A DNA stretch of 64,000 nucleotides from Chthoniobacterales bacterium (GCA_038228695.1 JBBRPA010000013.1:3096-67095); one strand, 5' to 3'; positions 1-9,781 are shown, counted from the first letter of the stretch. The notes: a model not told the origin generated them from the letters alone. Translations and numbers: made by a program.

Positions 1-866
1 ACCACGTCAACGAGCGGATCCTTGTCCTGGCCAACGGCAGAAATGCGGTCGCCGACCTTCAGTTTGGCGTCGCGATCAGCCGGGCCGCCCGGGACAATTT
101 CCGCGACCTTGGTGTAGCCTTCCTCGGATTTGAGGACCGCGCCAATGCCGACGAGGGAAAGCTTCATCTGGATGTTAAAACTGTCCTGCTGCGATTTCCC
201 GAAATACTCCGAGTGTGGGTCGTAACTGGTCGCGAGCGCGTTGAGGAAAAGCTCGGTCTGGTCGTTGCGGTCGCGCTCGTTGATGTTACGCAGGATCTGA
301 TCGTAACGGCGCGTGACCGCTTTGATCGGTGGATTGATTGCGTCCTTGTTTAGCCTCTCGGTTAGGACCTCGTTTTTAATCCGTTTCTGCCAGAGTTCAT
401 CAGCCTCCTCGGCAGTTTTTGGCCGGGGAAGTTCCTTGCGATCTAGGGCCACCGTTTCCTCTTGGGTGAAGTCAAACTTCCCTTCGAGCGCCTTTTTGAT
501 CCACGTCACCCGATCGGCAACGCGCTTTTTGTAAAGATCGTAAATTTCAAAAGCGGGATCGACGTTTCCGAGCAGGATGTCGTCGTCGAGCTGGGTGGCG
601 TATTTTTTCCGGAAATTCGCCACATCACCCTCGGTAAAGAAGAGCTTCGCGTAGTCCAGATCCTCGATGTAACGATCAAGCGTCTTGGCCGACATGGCGT
701 CGTCCAGTTTTGTTTGGGTATATTGGCCTTGCTCGAGCAGTTTGGCGACGGTCAGGGCGACCTGCCCGTTATCCGGTTCGGCTGCTTGCAAAGTGGAAAA
801 AGTGAACCCGCAGAGAGCGGCCCAAGTGACGAAGGAAACGGCGATCCGAGATGAGGATGGAATCAT
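1..866 (-). CDS. prc: Tail-specific (C-terminal processing, S41) protease Prc, N-terminal part; the ORF runs off the window start
   Basis: Absent from the ORF track because there is no stop in the window. My translation from the ATG at 866 gives MIPSSSRIAVSFVTWAALCG (signal-like), then FLNALATSYDPHSEYF and LSLVGIGAVL..VPGGPADRDAKLKVGDRISAVGQ (PDZ). This is collinear with E. coli Prc. Confidence 0.85.
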   Translation of the reverse strand, partial: MIPSSSRIAVSFVTWAALCGFTFSTLQAAEPDNGQVALTVAKLLEQGQYTQTKLDDAMSAKTLDRYIEDLDYAKLFFTEGDVANFRKKYATQLDDDILLGNVDPAFEIYDLYKKRVADRVTWIKKALEGKFDFTQEETVALDRKELPRPKTAEEADELWQKRIKNEVLTERLNKDAINPPIKAVTRRYDQILRNINERDRNDQTELFLNALATSYDPHSEYFGKSQQDSFNIQMKLSLVGIGAVLKSEEGYTKVAEIVPGGPADRDAKLKVGDRISAVGQDKDPLVDV

Positions 867-972
867 TATAAGCTGGAAGCGTGACAGATTTGGCTGGAAA
901 TGCAATTGGCGATGGGTGAGAGCTTGGGGCGGAATTCTGAGAAGACCACCCCGGCGTTCAACTGATCCCAAA

Positions 973-1611
973 ATGCATATGACCAACTTTGACTCATTTA
1001 CCGGAGGAGTGTTCGATACGAATTGCTTTTATCTGGAGGCTCCGGAGGGGCATCTGCTGATCGACGCTCCGGCGGGTGCGCTGGAATGGTTGGAAGCAAA
1101 AGGCCATCGCGTCGATCTGCTCCTGCTGACGCACGGACATGTGGATCACATCCTCGATGCGGCGAAAATCCAACGGCGTTTCGGTTGCCCGGTTGGCTAC
1201 CATCGGGATGGGGAGGAAATGTTGAAGGATCCGGAGTTTTTTCTGCGGTTTGGTTTTGCGCTGGAGGTCGAACCGCTCACCGCTGGGGGATTTTTCATTG
1301 AGGAATCGCCGTCGGAGACGTTTTTGGGACGCGCGTTCCAAGTTTTGCTCGTGCCGGGGCATTGTCCGGGGAGTTTGTGCTTCTACGACCGGGCAGCTGG
1401 CCAGCTTTTTGGGGGCGATGTGCTTTTCGCTGGAGCCGTCGGGCGTTGGGATTTGCCGGGTGGCGACCGCGATTTATTGCTGAATGGAATCCGACAGAAA
1501 GTTCTCCCACTCGGCGACGACGTGAAGGTGTTTTCGGGTCATGGCCCCGCCACAACGATCGGCCAGGAGCGACGGACGAATCCTTATGTGATGCCGGGTC
1601 GGCCGGACTAG
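973..1611 (+). CDS. MBL-fold metallo-hydrolase (glyoxalase II-like)
   Basis: LLLTHGHVDH metal motif, VPGHCPGS, SGHGPATTIGQE. I start it at the MHMTNFDS ATG (973) because the track start at 685 would overlap prc. Confidence 0.85.
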   Translation: MHMTNFDSFTGGVFDTNCFYLEAPEGHLLIDAPAGALEWLEAKGHRVDLLLLTHGHVDHILDAAKIQRRFGCPVGYHRDGEEMLKDPEFFLRFGFALEVEPLTAGGFFIEESPSETFLGRAFQVLLVPGHCPGSLCFYDRAAGQLFGGDVLFAGAVGRWDLPGGDRDLLLNGIRQKVLPLGDDVKVFSGHGPATTIGQERRTNPYVMPGRPD

Positions 1612-2894
1612 GCGAGAGCGGCGCGGACGCGGTCTGCCTTGAGGCCTTTACCCACGATGGCGAGGCCGATCTTGGCCGGATCGAGGACATTCGCGGCGGT
1701 CTCGCGCAATTCGGCGGCCGTTACTGCGGACAAGCGCGTTTGCAATTCCGTCGGGTCGATGGCGCGTCCGTAGCCAAGGATGGATTCCCCTAGCCACATC
1801 ATCTGGTGCGTCGTGCTTTCGAGGCAAAGCTCCGTATGGCCGATGCTGTAATCTTTTGCCTGTTGCAACTCGCGGGCGGTGATTCCGCGTTCGGAAAGCT
1901 TCCGAAACTCGCGCACCATCAGGCGAACGGCTTTTTCGACTTTGCCCGCATCGAGCCCGACGCTGATGCTGAGCAAGCCCGTGTCCTCGAGAGACATGGT
2001 CTCAGATTGGACGGAATAACAGAGGCCGTGGTTTTCGCGGAGTTGCTGAAAAAGGCGGCTGCTCATGTTTTCCCCGAGGACGACGCTGAGCAATTTCAGC
2101 GCGAAACGACCCGGGTCGCACCGACTAACAGCGTGGGCGCCGAGGTTGAGGTGAGATTGCTCGGTATCGGCCTCGACTACCCGGATCTCCGGCTGCCAAT
2201 GCTGCCCGTTCCATTTTCCAAACGGCGGGACGAGCCCTGGCTTGAGTCGCGAGGCAGAGTCTTGAAGTGCGGCGAGCGCTTCCCCGTGAGTGACGTTGCC
2301 GGCGACGGTGATAAGCACGGTAGATGCATTATAGGTTTTCTGAACGAAATTTTGCAGCTTGCGGCGGTCGAACGTGGCCAGCGTTTCGACCGATCCCGTC
2401 AGCGGACGGCCAAGCGGGTGCCGCGACCACATGACCTCGGTCAACACCTCCTCAGCGTGCTGCGCGGGTTGGTCCCGATACATTAAAATCTCCTCGCGGA
2501 TAACCTCCCGCTCGCGCTCGATTTCGTCAGGGGCAAACTGCGAATTCAGCATCATGTCGAGGAGCACATCCCCAAGTAACGGCAGGTAACGCGCCCCCGC
2601 CTTGGCGTAGTAACAGGTGTGGTCCTCCGTCGTGAAGGCGTTGATAAATCCACCAATTCCCTCGACGGCCTCGGTGATCTGGCGGGCCGTGCGTTTCTTG
2701 GTTCCCTTAAAAAGCATGTGCTCGACGAAATGCGAAATGCCACATTCCCCGGCTTCCTCGTGGCGCCCTCCAACGGCCACCCAAACGCCCACGGCGACCG
2801 ATTTCATATGCGGCATGGCCGCGGTGGCAATGCGGGCCCCATTCGGCAGCGTGCTGACTTCGTAAATCCCCTCCCGAACCGACGGATGGATCAC
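1608..2894 (-). CDS. M16 (pitrilysin/insulinase) family zinc peptidase
   Basis: HFVEHMLFKGT (HxxEH) motif and two-domain length. The track start at 2966 overlaps ispD by 67 nt. A GTG at 2894 lies 5 nt after the ispD stop and is preferred. Confidence 0.85.
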   Translation of the reverse strand: MIHPSVREGIYEVSTLPNGARIATAAMPHMKSVAVGVWVAVGGRHEEAGECGISHFVEHMLFKGTKKRTARQITEAVEGIGGFINAFTTEDHTCYYAKAGARYLPLLGDVLLDMMLNSQFAPDEIEREREVIREEILMYRDQPAQHAEEVLTEVMWSRHPLGRPLTGSVETLATFDRRKLQNFVQKTYNASTVLITVAGNVTHGEALAALQDSASRLKPGLVPPFGKWNGQHWQPEIRVVEADTEQSHLNLGAHAVSRCDPGRFALKLLSVVLGENMSSRLFQQLRENHGLCYSVQSETMSLEDTGLLSISVGLDAGKVEKAVRLMVREFRKLSERGITARELQQAKDYSIGHTELCLESTTHQMMWLGESILGYGRAIDPTELQTRLSAVTAAELRETAANVLDPAKIGLAIVGKGLKADRVRAALA

Positions 2895-2899
2895 AGGAG

Positions 2900-3619
2900 T
2901 TAGCTTACGGTTTCGCGATTTGCGTTGAGGAAGGTGAGGGCCAGTTGTGCCAGAGCGATGTCGCATGAATAAGTGATCTTAAAATTGAAATCCCGGGCGG
3001 TAATCAATTTCACCCGATCACCAAGTTTTGCAACCGCCGAAACTTCGTCCGTGACCGCCTCGCCCGTGGCGGAAATTTTCGCATAAGCTTCCCGAAGTCG
3101 TTCGACCGGAAAGACTTGCGGCGTTTGCATCGCCCACAGCCCCGCACGATCCACCGCCTCCGTGACGAATGATCCAGCATCGGCCCGTTTCAACGTGTCC
3201 GCCACCGGCACGGCCAAGCTGGCAGAACCTCCCATTTCCGTTGCAGCCAACACCGCCATCAAATCCCGAGGCGACAAGAGCGGCCGGGCCGCATCATGAA
3301 CCGCTACCCGGGTCATCGCGGGATCGACCAGTGCCAACCCCTCCGCGACGGAGGTATGACGTTCGGGGCCGCCCGCCACGACGTGGGTTAGCTTGGTCAA
3401 ACGGGCTGTCCCGGCGGTAAAATCCGCGAGGTTTTCCTGGGAGGCAACGAGGATGATTTGCCTAATCTCGGGGCAATTCTCGAACGTCTGCAAACAGTGT
3501 AAATAGACCGGCAACCCGCCCAGATCGGCCCGTAACTTGTCGAACCCCATCCGCTGACTGCTCCCACCAGCGACGACAATGACCGCAACCGACGGCTGCG
3601 CTTCGGCAGGAACTCCCAT
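2900..3619 (-). CDS. ispD: 2-C-methyl-D-erythritol 4-phosphate cytidylyltransferase
   Basis: VAVIVVAGGSSQRMGFDKL N-terminal nucleotide-binding motif; 239 aa; IspD-like throughout. Confidence 0.9.
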   Translation of the reverse strand: MGVPAEAQPSVAVIVVAGGSSQRMGFDKLRADLGGLPVYLHCLQTFENCPEIRQIILVASQENLADFTAGTARLTKLTHVVAGGPERHTSVAEGLALVDPAMTRVAVHDAARPLLSPRDLMAVLAATEMGGSASLAVPVADTLKRADAGSFVTEAVDRAGLWAMQTPQVFPVERLREAYAKISATGEAVTDEVSAVAKLGDRVKLITARDFNFKITYSCDIALAQLALTFLNANRETVS

Positions 3620-4072
3620 TTAGGCGAGCGCTTTTTGGATCGCCTGACTGAGGGTTTTGCCATCCACCTGCCCTGCGGCCTTGGCCGTGGCTACTTTCAT
3701 GGCGAGGCCCATCTGCGCTTTAGTAGTGGCACCCGACTCGGCGATTGCCTCCGCCACGAGGGTATTTAACTCGCTCTCTGAGAGAGCTTTAGGCAAGTAG
3801 GCGTTGAGAATTTCCATCTCCGCTTTCTCCTTTGCGGCCAGTTCTGGACGTCCGCCTTTTTCAAAACCTTCGACCGAGTCCTGCCGTTGTTTGACTTGTT
3901 TGCGGATCACTTGCATCGACTCGGGATCGTCCAGTTTGGCATCGGCGCCGCCCTTTTCGATCGAGGCGTTTTTCAACGCGGATTTGAGCAAACGAAGCAC
4001 GGAAAGCCGGTCGGCCTCCCTAGCGCGCATCGCGTCTTTGATGTCGGAATCAATCTGGTCTTGGATGATCAT
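3620..4072 (-). CDS. GatB/YqeY domain protein
   Basis: 150 aa; IKDAMRAREADRLSVLRLLKSALKN is a typical YqeY N-terminus. The gene abuts the ispD start. Confidence 0.85.
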   Translation of the reverse strand: MIIQDQIDSDIKDAMRAREADRLSVLRLLKSALKNASIEKGGADAKLDDPESMQVIRKQVKQRQDSVEGFEKGGRPELAAKEKAEMEILNAYLPKALSESELNTLVAEAIAESGATTKAQMGLAMKVATAKAAGQVDGKTLSQAIQKALA

Positions 4073-4084
4073 AAGAAGGGAAAT

Positions 4085-4375
4085 TTACTGGGCGGCTGCG
4101 TTTTGTTGGCGGACCCGGCCTTTTTTGGTCTCGGCCGATTCGCGAATTTTTGCGACCTCGTAGGCGAGCTGTTTTTGCAAACTCTCCATTTCGGAGAAAT
4201 TGCCCCGGGCTTTTTCCTTAGCGATTTCGCCTTGGAGAAAGAGTTCTTTTTCCGCGACTTTGGCCAGCGCGGCGGATTCGATTTCAGCGATTTCGTCTTT
4301 TTGGGATTCGGTCAGCACGACGCTGGGTGCCGTTTTTTGCAGGCGCTCCATGGCGAGTTCGTAGGCGGATTTCAT
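4085..4375 (-). CDS. Hypothetical coiled-coil protein (96 aa)
   Basis: Clean ORF at the head of the yqeY-ispD-M16 gene string, with charged heptad-like sequence. I recognise no family. Confidence 0.5.
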   Translation of the reverse strand: MKSAYELAMERLQKTAPSVVLTESQKDEIAEIESAALAKVAEKELFLQGEIAKEKARGNFSEMESLQKQLAYEVAKIRESAETKKGRVRQQNAAAQ

Positions 4376-4424
4376 CGGACACCCAGTATAATGCGAGGTC
4401 GATTTCCTGCAATAAAAAGACCAA

Positions 4425-4943
4425 GTGCCGCCTTTTGGTTCGCCTTTCTGGCATTCTTCCTGCGCAACGGCAGCCCATGTCGAAACGTTCAGGCGTCATG
4501 CTCATTGTGGTGGGATTGCTGGCTTGGTCGTATTTTGCCCGGCCGGTCTATTCCTGACGACCGCCCTCGAACCGCGTATCCGCTGCGCCGTGGTCTCCGC
4601 TTATTTCAGCGATCGCGACACGGTCTTGAATGACCACGAAATCGATTTTCTCGACTGGCGCTTCCCGTATTCCACTTCCGTCTTGCGGGATGAAAACATC
4701 GCGGCGTTGATTTGTCCGCGACCACTTCAAATTCAATCTGGCACGCAGGATCAACTTTTTCCCGCCGCCGGGGGACGCGAAACCGCGGCCAAAACAGGGA
4801 ACCTTTACGACAAACTTGGGGTCAAAACGAACTTCTCCTATTACGAATTCACCGGCCGCCATGATTTCGAGGGCACCGCCGCGTGGAGTTTCCTCGAACA
4901 GCATTTCGCTCCACAGGAAATTGGCGGAGGGAGTGGGATTTGA
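4425..4943 (+). CDS. Alpha/beta hydrolase (dienelactone-hydrolase-like) C-terminal fragment, probably truncated
   Basis: AHCGG nucleophile-elbow-like motif, TALEPRIRCAVVS, and a C-terminal FTGRHDF (His) region. Only ~50 nt separate it from the divergent gene, so the N-terminal ~100+ aa of the fold are missing. The 3' end runs 22 nt into tRNA-Ser. Confidence 0.45.
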   Translation: MPPFGSPFWHSSCATAAHVETFRRHAHCGGIAGLVVFCPAGLFLTTALEPRIRCAVVSAYFSDRDTVLNDHEIDFLDWRFPYSTSVLRDENIAALICPRPLQIQSGTQDQLFPAAGGRETAAKTGNLYDKLGVKTNFSYYEFTGRHDFEGTAAWSFLEQHFAPQEIGGGSGI

Positions 4944-5010
4944 ACCCACGGAGGCTTGTGACCTCTCCGGTTTTCAAGACCGGTGCAATAAACCGCTCTA
5001 CCATCCCTCC
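4922..5010 (-). tRNA. tRNA-Ser (anticodon UGA), CCA encoded
   Basis: Reverse complement is GGAGGGATGGTAGAGCGG...CCGGT-CTTGAAA-ACCGG (anticodon loop with UGA), a long variable arm, GTGGG-TTCAAAT-CCCAC T arm, and acceptor TCCCTCC-G-CCA. Confidence 0.9.
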
Positions 5011-5150
5011 GTTTCTGACTGCGCCAGATTAGCCCAGTTTAATTAAACGACAAGTCGCAATCACCCGGCTTTGCGCTCTTGCTGTTCCCCCGTTTCTGTC
5101 GCAAACTAACCTCGCGCCAAATACCGCGCTTTAACAACTCACACACCCTT

Positions 5151-5435
5151 ATGAACATTAAAAAATCCCTCGTCATCATCGCCACGGCAGCCAGCCTGAA
5201 CTTCACCGCTGCGTTCGCCGCTGGCCCCAGTTCTTACCAAGTCACCGCACCCATTGTCGCGGTCACCGATACCATGATTACCGTGCAAAAAGGCAAGGAA
5301 CGCTTTGAAATCGCGCGCGACGCCAGCACGAAAGTCACTGGCGAACTGAAAGTCGGGAGCAAAGTCACTATCTACTACAAGATGACGGCCGCGAGCATCG
5401 AAGCCAAAGCGGATAAAGCCGCTGCCAAGCCCTAA
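5151..5435 (+). CDS. Small secreted protein (94 aa)
   Basis: MNIKKSLVIIATAASLNFTAAFA signal peptide followed by a beta-rich domain. Internal ATG chosen over the track start at 5079. Confidence 0.6.
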   Translation: MNIKKSLVIIATAASLNFTAAFAAGPSSYQVTAPIVAVTDTMITVQKGKERFEIARDASTKVTGELKVGSKVTIYYKMTAASIEAKADKAAAKP

Positions 5436-6139
5436 ACGCTGGTTTCTCCATTCTCAACGCCAGACCGCTCGTCCGCAAGGGCTGGCGGTCTTGCTTTTTC
5501 GAGGCACCACCACGCGACGACGACTCCGATCCACGCACCGAAACAGACGTCCGAAAGGTGATGCGCATCAATTATCATCCGGCTTAATGCCATTACGACC
5601 GCAGGGACGAACCAAAGCCACGCGGCAGGTCGGCGCCGCAATCCGAGCACAGCTAGAAAGCCGACCGCCGTCGCGGTGTGTCCGCTCGGGAACGACGCGA
5701 ATTTATTTTTGCCGAGAAGCCATTTCCCCTCGTGACGAAGTCCATACCAGCCGGGAGCAACCGCCTTGTTATTCGGACGAGTCCGGCCCGTGGTCAGACG
5801 CAGCGAATTGGCCGCTAGTCCCGCGAGCGTCGAGGCGATCATCATGAGCGCGACGAGGCGAAAGAGCGTCCTTCGTTTTTTCCACCAGGCCCAAACTAGA
5901 AACGGCAACGCCGACGCCATCAGCCATGGCCAATCGCCAAAATTGGAGATCACGCCCGCCACGTTTTTCAAACCCTTCGTCCGATGCTCTGCAAGGAAAC
6001 GCATGGCCGCGTCATCGCAAAGAAATGTGAGCCCACAGAGTGCGCCGAGCGCGAGGAACAGGAGAATCGCCCCGCGGCGTTGCAGCCCGGCAGCGGTTTG
6101 CGTTTGCCTTGCGGCATTTTCCTCGTTAGGGCTGATCAT
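5432..6139 (-). CDS. PAP2-family phosphatase (membrane)
   Basis: FPSGHTA and SRMIIDAHHLSD (SRx5Hx3D) acid-phosphatase motifs. I start it at MISPNEEN (6139) to avoid a 5' overlap with the divergent glycosyltransferase. Confidence 0.8.
   Translation of the reverse strand: MISPNEENAARQTQTAAGLQRRGAILLFLALGALCGLTFLCDDAAMRFLAEHRTKGLKNVAGVISNFGDWPWLMASALPFLVWAWWKKRRTLFRLVALMMIASTLAGLAANSLRLTTGRTRPNNKAVAPGWYGLRHEGKWLLGKNKFASFPSGHTATAVGFLAVLGLRRRPAAWLWFVPAVVMALSRMIIDAHHLSDVCFGAWIGVVVAWWCLEKARPPALADERSGVENGETSV
5462..5499 (+). terminator. Candidate intrinsic terminator after the small secreted protein gene
   Basis: AGACCGC (5462-5468) pairs with GCGGTCT (5485-5491), followed by TGCTTTTT. It lies inside the 3' end of the convergent PAP2 gene. 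Confidence 0.4.
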
Positions 6140-6176
6140 CCCGCCTTTGTAGCAGAATTCCCGGAAACCGCCACGC

Positions 6177-7601
6177 ATGACCGCCGATTTCATCTCCCGT
6201 CCAACTTGGCGGCACTATCTCCTGCTCTTTTTTGCGGCGGCAGGATTCCACTTCGCGGGGACGTGGTCGTTGCCGTTGATCGACCGCGACGAACCGCGTT
6301 TCGCCGAGGCCTCGCGGGAAATGATCGAGCGGCAGGATTTCGTAGTGCCGTATTGCAACAACAAATACCGCTTCGACAAGCCTCCCCTCACCTATTGGTT
6401 GCAAAGTTCGGCTTACCGATTATTCGGCGAAAATGAAGCCGCCGCGCGCCTTCCATCCGTTCTCGCCGCCGCCGCGGTGGCCGTCATTTTGCTCGCTTGG
6501 GGCAGCCGCCTAAAAGATGCCTCGCTCGGCTGGAAAGCGGCGTTGATTTTTTCCACCAGCCTACAGGTCGCACTTCACGCGAAGGCCGCCGTCGCCGACA
6601 TGCTCCTTGTCCTCTTCGTCACTCTAGCAGCGTGGGCCGGTTGGGAACTGGCACGGGCCGGTTCTCGAATCGTGCTCTGGTGGATGGTATTTTTCGGGGC
6701 GCTGGCCCTCGGATTTCTTGCCAAGGGCCCCGTGGCCTGGCTGCCACTCATCCCGGTGGCGCTCCGCATCCGTTCGGGAAAAATGGGCGCCAGTTTCCTT
6801 GGCGGAATCCTTCTCATGACCGGGCTCGTCGCGCTCTGGGGCGTCCCCGCCCTCGAGCGGACCAACGGGCAATTTTTCAACGTCGGTATCGGCAAACACG
6901 TCGTCGGACGGTCTGTCGCCACCATGGAGGGCCACGGGGCAAAAGGTCTGCTCGGTTATTTCGCCACTTTGCCATTTTATTTCGTGACCATTTTCGCTTC
7001 CTTCGCCCCTTGGTCGTGGTTTCTGCCTCGCCTCGCCCGCCATTGGAAGACCCTCCGGACGGGTGCCTGTGACCTCTACCTGCTGGGCCTAGTGGTTCTC
7101 TACTTCGGAGTTTTCACCCTCGTGAAAACCAAGTTGCCGCATTACACCCTGCCGGCCTTCCCCATGTTGGCCTTGCTGGTCGGCAACGCCCTTGGCCCGG
7201 GGCAAGTGCGCCGGTTCGCCATCGGCATGGCGGTCGTGTTGCTCACGCTGGCCCTCGCCGTTTTTCCCTTCGCCTCGCGACTTTTTCCCGCGCCTTCGCT
7301 CGCCGCCCAAAGCGCGTCCGTTTTGAAACCGGAAATGGAGTTCGCGAGCATCGATTTCGTTGAGCCCAGCCTTTATTGGTCGTTCCGCAAATACGTCCGC
7401 GGTTTCCATCGCGAGGTCGATCTCCGGAAAGCCCCCAAATGGATGGAAAAAAGCGGGCCACGTTTTTACATATTGCCCACGGATGAAATTGCCCGCGTGT
7501 TTCCGCAGCCCGATCCGGCCTGGAAAATTTTCCGCCATCGCGGGCTCAATTTCGCCAAGGGCACCCGCACGGATCTGACGATGTTAGTCAAGACCAACTA
7601 A
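6177..7601 (+). CDS. ArnT/PMT-like (GT39/GT83) membrane glycosyltransferase
   Basis: RDEPRFAEASREM...FDKPPLTYW N-terminal motif and many hydrophobic segments; 474 aa. Confidence 0.85.
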   Translation: MTADFISRPTWRHYLLLFFAAAGFHFAGTWSLPLIDRDEPRFAEASREMIERQDFVVPYCNNKYRFDKPPLTYWLQSSAYRLFGENEAAARLPSVLAAAAVAVILLAWGSRLKDASLGWKAALIFSTSLQVALHAKAAVADMLLVLFVTLAAWAGWELARAGSRIVLWWMVFFGALALGFLAKGPVAWLPLIPVALRIRSGKMGASFLGGILLMTGLVALWGVPALERTNGQFFNVGIGKHVVGRSVATMEGHGAKGLLGYFATLPFYFVTIFASFAPWSWFLPRLARHWKTLRTGACDLYLLGLVVLYFGVFTLVKTKLPHYTLPAFPMLALLVGNALGPGQVRRFAIGMAVVLLTLALAVFPFASRLFPAPSLAAQSASVLKPEMEFASIDFVEPSLYWSFRKYVRGFHREVDLRKAPKWMEKSGPRFYILPTDEIARVFPQPDPAWKIFRHRGLNFAKGTRTDLTMLVKTN

Positions 7602-7663
7602 CTCAGCTAACGCAGCAAGTTTTTCTCATTTCCCAAAGGCTGTCCACGGTGTATCGTCACTCC

Positions 7664-8335
7664 ATGAATCGTCTGCGGCTTCTCGCTGTCCTTTTTGTTT
7701 TCACGACCTCTCTGCATGCCGATCTCGTCATCGTGCAAGACGTGGACGCGGTCGGCCAAAAACTCACCATGACCATGAAAACCAAAGGCTCTCTCATGCG
7801 CGTCGATGTGAACCCGCAGATGAGCATGATTATCGACGGAGCAACCGGTGATATGAAAACCCTCATGCACGAGCAGAAAATGTTCATGACGATGAACGTG
7901 GAATCGATGAAGGGCATGATTGCCGCCGCCACGAAAACCACCGATCCTAACGTCAAGCCCATCATCAAGCCGCTCGGCAACCACGAAAAAATTAACGGCT
8001 TCGACACCGAGGAATATCTCATGACGCAGGGCGACGTGACCTCCCATCTCTGGATTGCAAAGAACCATCCGCACTACGAAGCGTTTGTGAAAGCGATGGA
8101 AACGATGCGCAAAGGGCCGATCGGACAAATGAATCCACAGATGCAAATGGACATGAGCCAGCTTCCAGGCATGCCGTTGAAATCCATCGTGGAAATGAAC
8201 GGCAAAACCACCGCAACAAGTATGATCCGGTCCGTCGATGAAACGGAATTGCCTCTAACCGATTTCGAAGCTCCCGCCGATTATAAAGTGTTCTCCATGC
8301 CTGCGATGGGGCCCGCGAAACCCGATTCGCCATAA
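7664..8335 (+). CDS. Secreted Met-rich protein, DUF4412-like
   Basis: MNRLRLLAVLFVFTTSLHA signal. The repeating beta pattern and Met-rich loops resemble DUF4412 proteins; this is from memory and not searched. Confidence 0.6.
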   Translation: MNRLRLLAVLFVFTTSLHADLVIVQDVDAVGQKLTMTMKTKGSLMRVDVNPQMSMIIDGATGDMKTLMHEQKMFMTMNVESMKGMIAAATKTTDPNVKPIIKPLGNHEKINGFDTEEYLMTQGDVTSHLWIAKNHPHYEAFVKAMETMRKGPIGQMNPQMQMDMSQLPGMPLKSIVEMNGKTTATSMIRSVDETELPLTDFEAPADYKVFSMPAMGPAKPDSP

Positions 8336-8356
8336 ACCAACGTCGGGAGGTTTCCC

Positions 8357-8920
8357 ATGGAACTCGTTCTCGCCTCCACCTCACCACGAAGAATCGACCT
8401 CCTCACCGCGATGGGGAGACCCTTCCGCGTCGTCGCCCCCGGCTGTGAGGAAAGTGTCGCCGGCCATTTTACGCCCCGCGAACTCTCCCTCCTCAACGCC
8501 AAACGCAAATCCCACGCCGTCGCTGCGTTTGCCCCCACCGCAATCGTCATCGGCGCCGACACCGTCGTTGCGCTCGACGGCGAATGCATCGGCAAACCCG
8601 CCGACCTGGACGAAGCCCGCCGAATGCTCCGCAAACTCAGCGGCCGCACGCATCAGGTCGTCACCAGCGTTTGGATTTCGCGCCTCCATCCGTTTCACAT
8701 GGCCGCCTTCACGGAAATCAGCGACGTCACTTTTCGCCCCTTAAGTGCGCGCGAAATCGACGAGTATTTGAAAAAAATCGACCCGCTCGACAAGGCCGGT
8801 GGCTATGCCGCGCAGGAGTTTCGCGATGAGATCATTTCGTCAATCGACGGCGCGCTCAGCAATGTCATCGGCCTGCCCACCGAGGCGCTTGAACCAGCAC
8901 TCGAGAATTTTTACGACTGA
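8357..8920 (+). CDS. maf: Maf-like nucleoside triphosphate pyrophosphatase
   Basis: LVLASTSPRRIDLL, IGADTVV, GGYAAQE motifs; 187 aa. Confidence 0.9.
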   Translation: MELVLASTSPRRIDLLTAMGRPFRVVAPGCEESVAGHFTPRELSLLNAKRKSHAVAAFAPTAIVIGADTVVALDGECIGKPADLDEARRMLRKLSGRTHQVVTSVWISRLHPFHMAAFTEISDVTFRPLSAREIDEYLKKIDPLDKAGGYAAQEFRDEIISSIDGALSNVIGLPTEALEPALENFYD

Positions 8921-8926
8921 ACCTCG

Positions 8927-9781
8927 TTGGAACGGAAAATCCTCATTGTCGGCTGCGGCTACATCGGTCGCGAAGTCGCCCGCTTCTTCCACGATTCCGG
9001 TTGGTTAGTTAGCGCCTGGACGAGTTCGCCCGCCTCCGCCGCGCGCGAAGCCGAGTCTGGTTTCCGGGTTTCCGCCGTGGACATTCGCGATGCGGAACTC
9101 GTCCGCCGCATCGGGGAACGGGACGGCCCCTTCGATTGGGTAGTGAACTGCGTTAGCTCGGGCGGCGGCGATGCGGAACGCTACCGCGAAATCTATCTGA
9201 ACGGCACTACTAACATTCTCCGTTCCCTCGTTTTCGGCCGGATCCTTTACACGAGCAGCACCTCCGTTTACGGACAAACCGACGGCAGCGAAGTCACCGA
9301 AGAAAGCCCGACGGAAACCTCCACCGCCACCGGGCGAATCCTGCGCGAGACCGAAGAGTTGGTCCTCGCCCGAGGCGGCATCGTCACCCGACTAGCTGGC
9401 ATTTACGGTCCTAGCCGCGGCGCGATGCTGCGGCGTTTCCAAGCTGGCGAATCCACTCTCGATGGCGACGGCGAACGCTGGCTGAACACGATCCATCGCG
9501 ATGACGCCGTAGCCGCCATCGCCGACCTCATTTCAACCGAATCCGCGACCGGACTCTACAACGTGGCCGACAACGGCGGCATCACCCAGCTAGCGGCCTT
9601 CAAATTCCTCGCCAAAAAACTCAAGCGTCCCCTCCCGCCATCCGTCCCGCCGAATCCGGCACGCAAACGCGGCTTTTCCAACAAACAAGTTTCCAACGCT
9701 AAATTGCGCCATCTCGGCTGGACCGCACAATTCCCCACTTTCCTCGACGGTCTCTCCGCTCCACTCTCGCATGCTGAATAA
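8927..9781 (+). CDS. NAD(P)-binding epimerase/dehydratase-like (SDR superfamily) protein
   Basis: ILIVGCGYIGREVA Rossmann GxGxxG at the N-terminus; TTG start; 284 aa. Confidence 0.75.
   Translation: MERKILIVGCGYIGREVARFFHDSGWLVSAWTSSPASAAREAESGFRVSAVDIRDAELVRRIGERDGPFDWVVNCVSSGGGDAERYREIYLNGTTNILRSLVFGRILYTSSTSVYGQTDGSEVTEESPTETSTATGRILRETEELVLARGGIVTRLAGIYGPSRGAMLRRFQAGESTLDGDGERWLNTIHRDDAVAAIADLISTESATGLYNVADNGGITQLAAFKFLAKKLKRPLPPSVPPNPARKRGFSNKQVSNAKLRHLGWTAQFPTFLDGLSAPLSHAE

Noticed and set aside
685-972. N-terminal extension of the MBL hydrolase ORF in the track (start at 685).
   Set aside because: The extension overlaps the 5' end of prc on the other strand and translates to Trp/Cys/Arg-rich nonsense. 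The family-typical N-terminus begins at MHMTNFDS (973).
1608-1611. The convergent MBL hydrolase and M16 peptidase genes share a CTAG containing both stop codons.
   Set aside because: This is a trivial consequence of palindromic TAG/CTA overlap, with no functional implication.
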